Source: Clostridiales bacterium (lineage in GTDB: Bacteria > Bacillota > Clostridia > Christensenellales > DTU072). From it: 64,000 nucleotides of DNA. Position 1 is the first letter of the stretch. Each line of letters begins with the position of its first letter. The notes under the pieces were generated by a model. The model did not search any database. It saw only the letters and a list, made by a program, of their open reading frames with translations, and was not told where the DNA came from. The position numbers and the translations under genes were made by a program. The DNA is taken from positions 2,900-66,899 of the forward strand of contig DUON01000014.1 of the NCBI GenBank assembly GCA_012838805.1, given 5' to 3'. Of this stretch, positions 62,136-64,000 are shown in pieces.

Positions 62136-64000
62136 ATGCTTTCAAAACATAGTGTAAAAAAACCATTTACGGTCATAGTCGGTGTCATCATAGTGATAAT
62201 TTTGGGCGTAGTGAGCTATCTCAATATGGGAGTGGACTTACTGCCGTCAATGAACCTGCCCTATATCGCTGTGGTCACCATTTCGCCGGGCTCTCCCCCT
62301 GAGGAAGTAGAACAGCTTGTCACCCGTCCCGTAGAAGACAGCTTAAGTAAGGTCGCGAACATAAACGAAATAACTTCTACATCATACGAACACTTTTCGC
62401 TTGTACTGCTGGAATTCAATTATGACGCCGATGTGGATAGAGCCTATTCAGATGTTCAAGCGGCGCTTGACCTTGTGGCTTTGCCCGATAACGACCTTAT
62501 CCAAGAACCGATAGTCATGAGAATAAATCCCACCATGCTTCCTATTATGAGCGTGAGTATTTCCCGAAAAGGTCATTCAATAAAAGAATCCAATGCCTAT
62601 TTGACAAACATTATGGAGCAAATAAACGCTTTGGAGGGCGTGGCAAGCGTTTCGGCGAACGGCTTTATTACCAACATGGCGTACATAAATGTCAAAGAAG
62701 AAAAAATAGCTGTTTCTCTTTTAGACTTTATCGAGAACGCCCTTGGCTTTAGATTACAGATTCCTTTAGCAATAAAAGAAGAAATAAGAGCAAGACTTTC
62801 TCAAGCCGTCAGCCTTGAAAATATCACCACCGAGGACATCATAGACAGAATAATCGAGGTCTTGAGAAATGCTCAATGGGAAGATTCTGTTCAAGGCAAC
62901 TTGCTGAATACGCTTACGGATATATTAATCATCAATTTAGAAGACCCCAATTCTATCATATATGGACGAGTAGCGGAAAGCGTAGACGAAATCTTGGCAA
63001 ACAAGTTTATCTTAAATGATGACGATGAGAGCAAAAGAGTCTTTTATGATTTTTTGGACCAAATAACAAAAAATATCATTATTCAGGTTGTAAACGAGCA
63101 ATTGGGCGGAATGGCTGATATGATTTCCCCCGATATACTTGGTCAGCTCTTGTACGCTCAAGACTTTGAGATGCCGTCGGGGAGTCTGCAACAAGGAGCG
63201 GTCTCCTACATAGTAAAAATCGGAACAGGAGTCACTACAAGAGACGAACTCATAGATTTGCCCGTAGTGAGCTTTGATTTATCGGCGGAAATAGCCTTAA
63301 GAACGGAGCAAATTCAATCTATTCTGACATTGCTTTCTATCGCTTCCGAAGGCGAGGTAACATTTACCCAAAGCCAGCTTGAAAGTCTTTGTAACGCTAT
63401 TTATGAAGCTTATAGTCAAGCCCAAGATACGACTTCACCTTTCACCGAAATATTTTTGGAATATATAAAAGACCTTGACCCTGATGTGGCGGCGTCTTTA
63501 GAGGAGCTTTTTCAAGAAAGGTCCGCTGAGGAAATAGAAAGCTACATAAGGTCTTTCTTATCCCTTATGAGCATTTTCAGCCCAGAAGGAGTTATTATTC
63601 CTCAGCCCGATAATGATGTCATTCCTCCAAATGCCCAATATACGATAAACTTCCCCGCCATAAAAGAAAGCATTTTGGCACTTGAAGAAAGAGCAGTCGT
63701 GCCTCTTACTTTGGGCTCAATATCGGATATCATATTCTTAGACGATTCAATTGAGCAGATTACTACCTTGCTCACAAGGATTGACGGCGAACTTATCCCC
63801 GCAGGCGCGGTTAATTTGACGATAGATAAAGAGTCCGACAAGTCATCCGCCGAAGTGACAAGGCGTATTCAGGAGTTTTTACAAGACTATCAAAAGAAAG
63901 ACAGCGAATTTCAATATACTATTTTAATAAACGAAGGCGATTATATCGACTTTATGCTCAATAATGTCATAGAAAACCTTATTTATGGCGGACTGCTTGC
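62136..64000 (+). CDS. RND-superfamily efflux transporter permease (AcrB-like), 3' end beyond the window
   Basis: N-terminus MLSKHSVKKPFTVIVGVIIVIILGVVSYLNMGVDLLPSMNLPYIAVVTISPG matches the TM1/first porter strand of AcrB-type pumps. The frame stays open to base 64000, which is why it is absent from the ORF track. Confidence 0.8.
   Translation, partial: MLSKHSVKKPFTVIVGVIIVIILGVVSYLNMGVDLLPSMNLPYIAVVTISPGSPPEEVEQLVTRPVEDSLSKVANINEITSTSYEHFSLVLLEFNYDADVDRAYSDVQAALDLVALPDNDLIQEPIVMRINPTMLPIMSVSISRKGHSIKESNAYLTNIMEQINALEGVASVSANGFITNMAYINVKEEKIAVSLLDFIENALGFRLQIPLAIKEEIRARLSQAVSLENITTEDIIDRIIEVLRNAQWEDSVQGNLLNTLTDILIINLEDPNSIIYGRVAESVDEILANKFILNDDDESKRVFYDFLDQITKNIIIQVVNEQLGGMADMISPDILGQLLYAQDFEMPSGSLQQGAVSYIVKIGTGVTTRDELIDLPVVSFDLSAEIALRTEQIQSILTLLSIASEGEVTFTQSQLESLCNAIYEAYSQAQDTTSPFTEIFLEYIKDLDPDVAASLEELFQERSAEEIESYIRSFLSLMSIFSPEGVIIPQPDNDVIPPNAQYTINFPAIKESILALEERAVVPLTLGSISDIIFLDDSIEQITTLLTRIDGELIPAGAVNLTIDKESDKSSAEVTRRIQEFLQDYQKKDSEFQYTILINEGDYIDFMLNNVIENLIYGGLL

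Noticed and set aside
1-64000. Scanned intergenic regions by eye for tRNA/rRNA genes, CRISPR arrays, IS elements, integrases or prophage genes
   Set aside because: I found no cloverleaf-like T-loop or acceptor signatures, no regularly spaced direct repeats, and no transposase, integrase or recombinase-like ORFs. A tRNAscan/cmscan run would be needed for a definitive negative.

Overview
The window looks like a chromosomal segment of a low-GC Firmicutes-type bacterium using the standard genetic code. SD-like GGAG motifs precede most starts. A conserved housekeeping backbone is present: smc-ftsY, pgsA-valS, trxB, and an M16 peptidase-ftsK-rimO-cinA-recA-rny block whose order resembles the Bacillus subtilis recA region. 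Large accessory genes for envelope and surface proteins are interleaved with it.

Notable accessory content:
- An uninterrupted 11.6-kb ORF (3,875 aa) encodes a BspA/LRR_5-type lipoprotein. A 685-aa relative and a small paralogue with multiple frameshifts are also present.
- Three paralogous secreted alpha/beta-hydrolases carry pancreatic-lipase-like Ser/Asp/His blocks. One has lost the Ser and His. Two of them sit in an operon with an ATP-grasp ligase and a small membrane protein.
- A clean transcription unit encodes a SipW-type (S26B) signal peptidase. It follows a putative cognate substrate that runs into an extremely E/K/R-rich helix and precedes a membrane metallophosphoesterase.
- A 68-aa protein contains 14 cysteines.
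- Two zinc-ribbon mini-ORFs fall below the ORF-track length cut-off.
- A WYL-domain regulator is divergent from a DUF3267-like HExxH membrane protein.
- A GGDEF-like/HD-GYP gene is broken by a 5-bp tandem duplication.
- An ABC exporter sits next to a Big_2/beta-helix surface protein.
- An RND transporter with an oversized first loop is cut by the window end.

I saw no rRNA, tRNA, CRISPR array, transposase, integrase or recognisable defence system. The best candidates for something undescribed are the SipW locus, the lipase/pseudo-lipase/ATP-grasp operon and the Cys-rich mini-protein. All functional calls rest on motifs read by eye, not on database searches.
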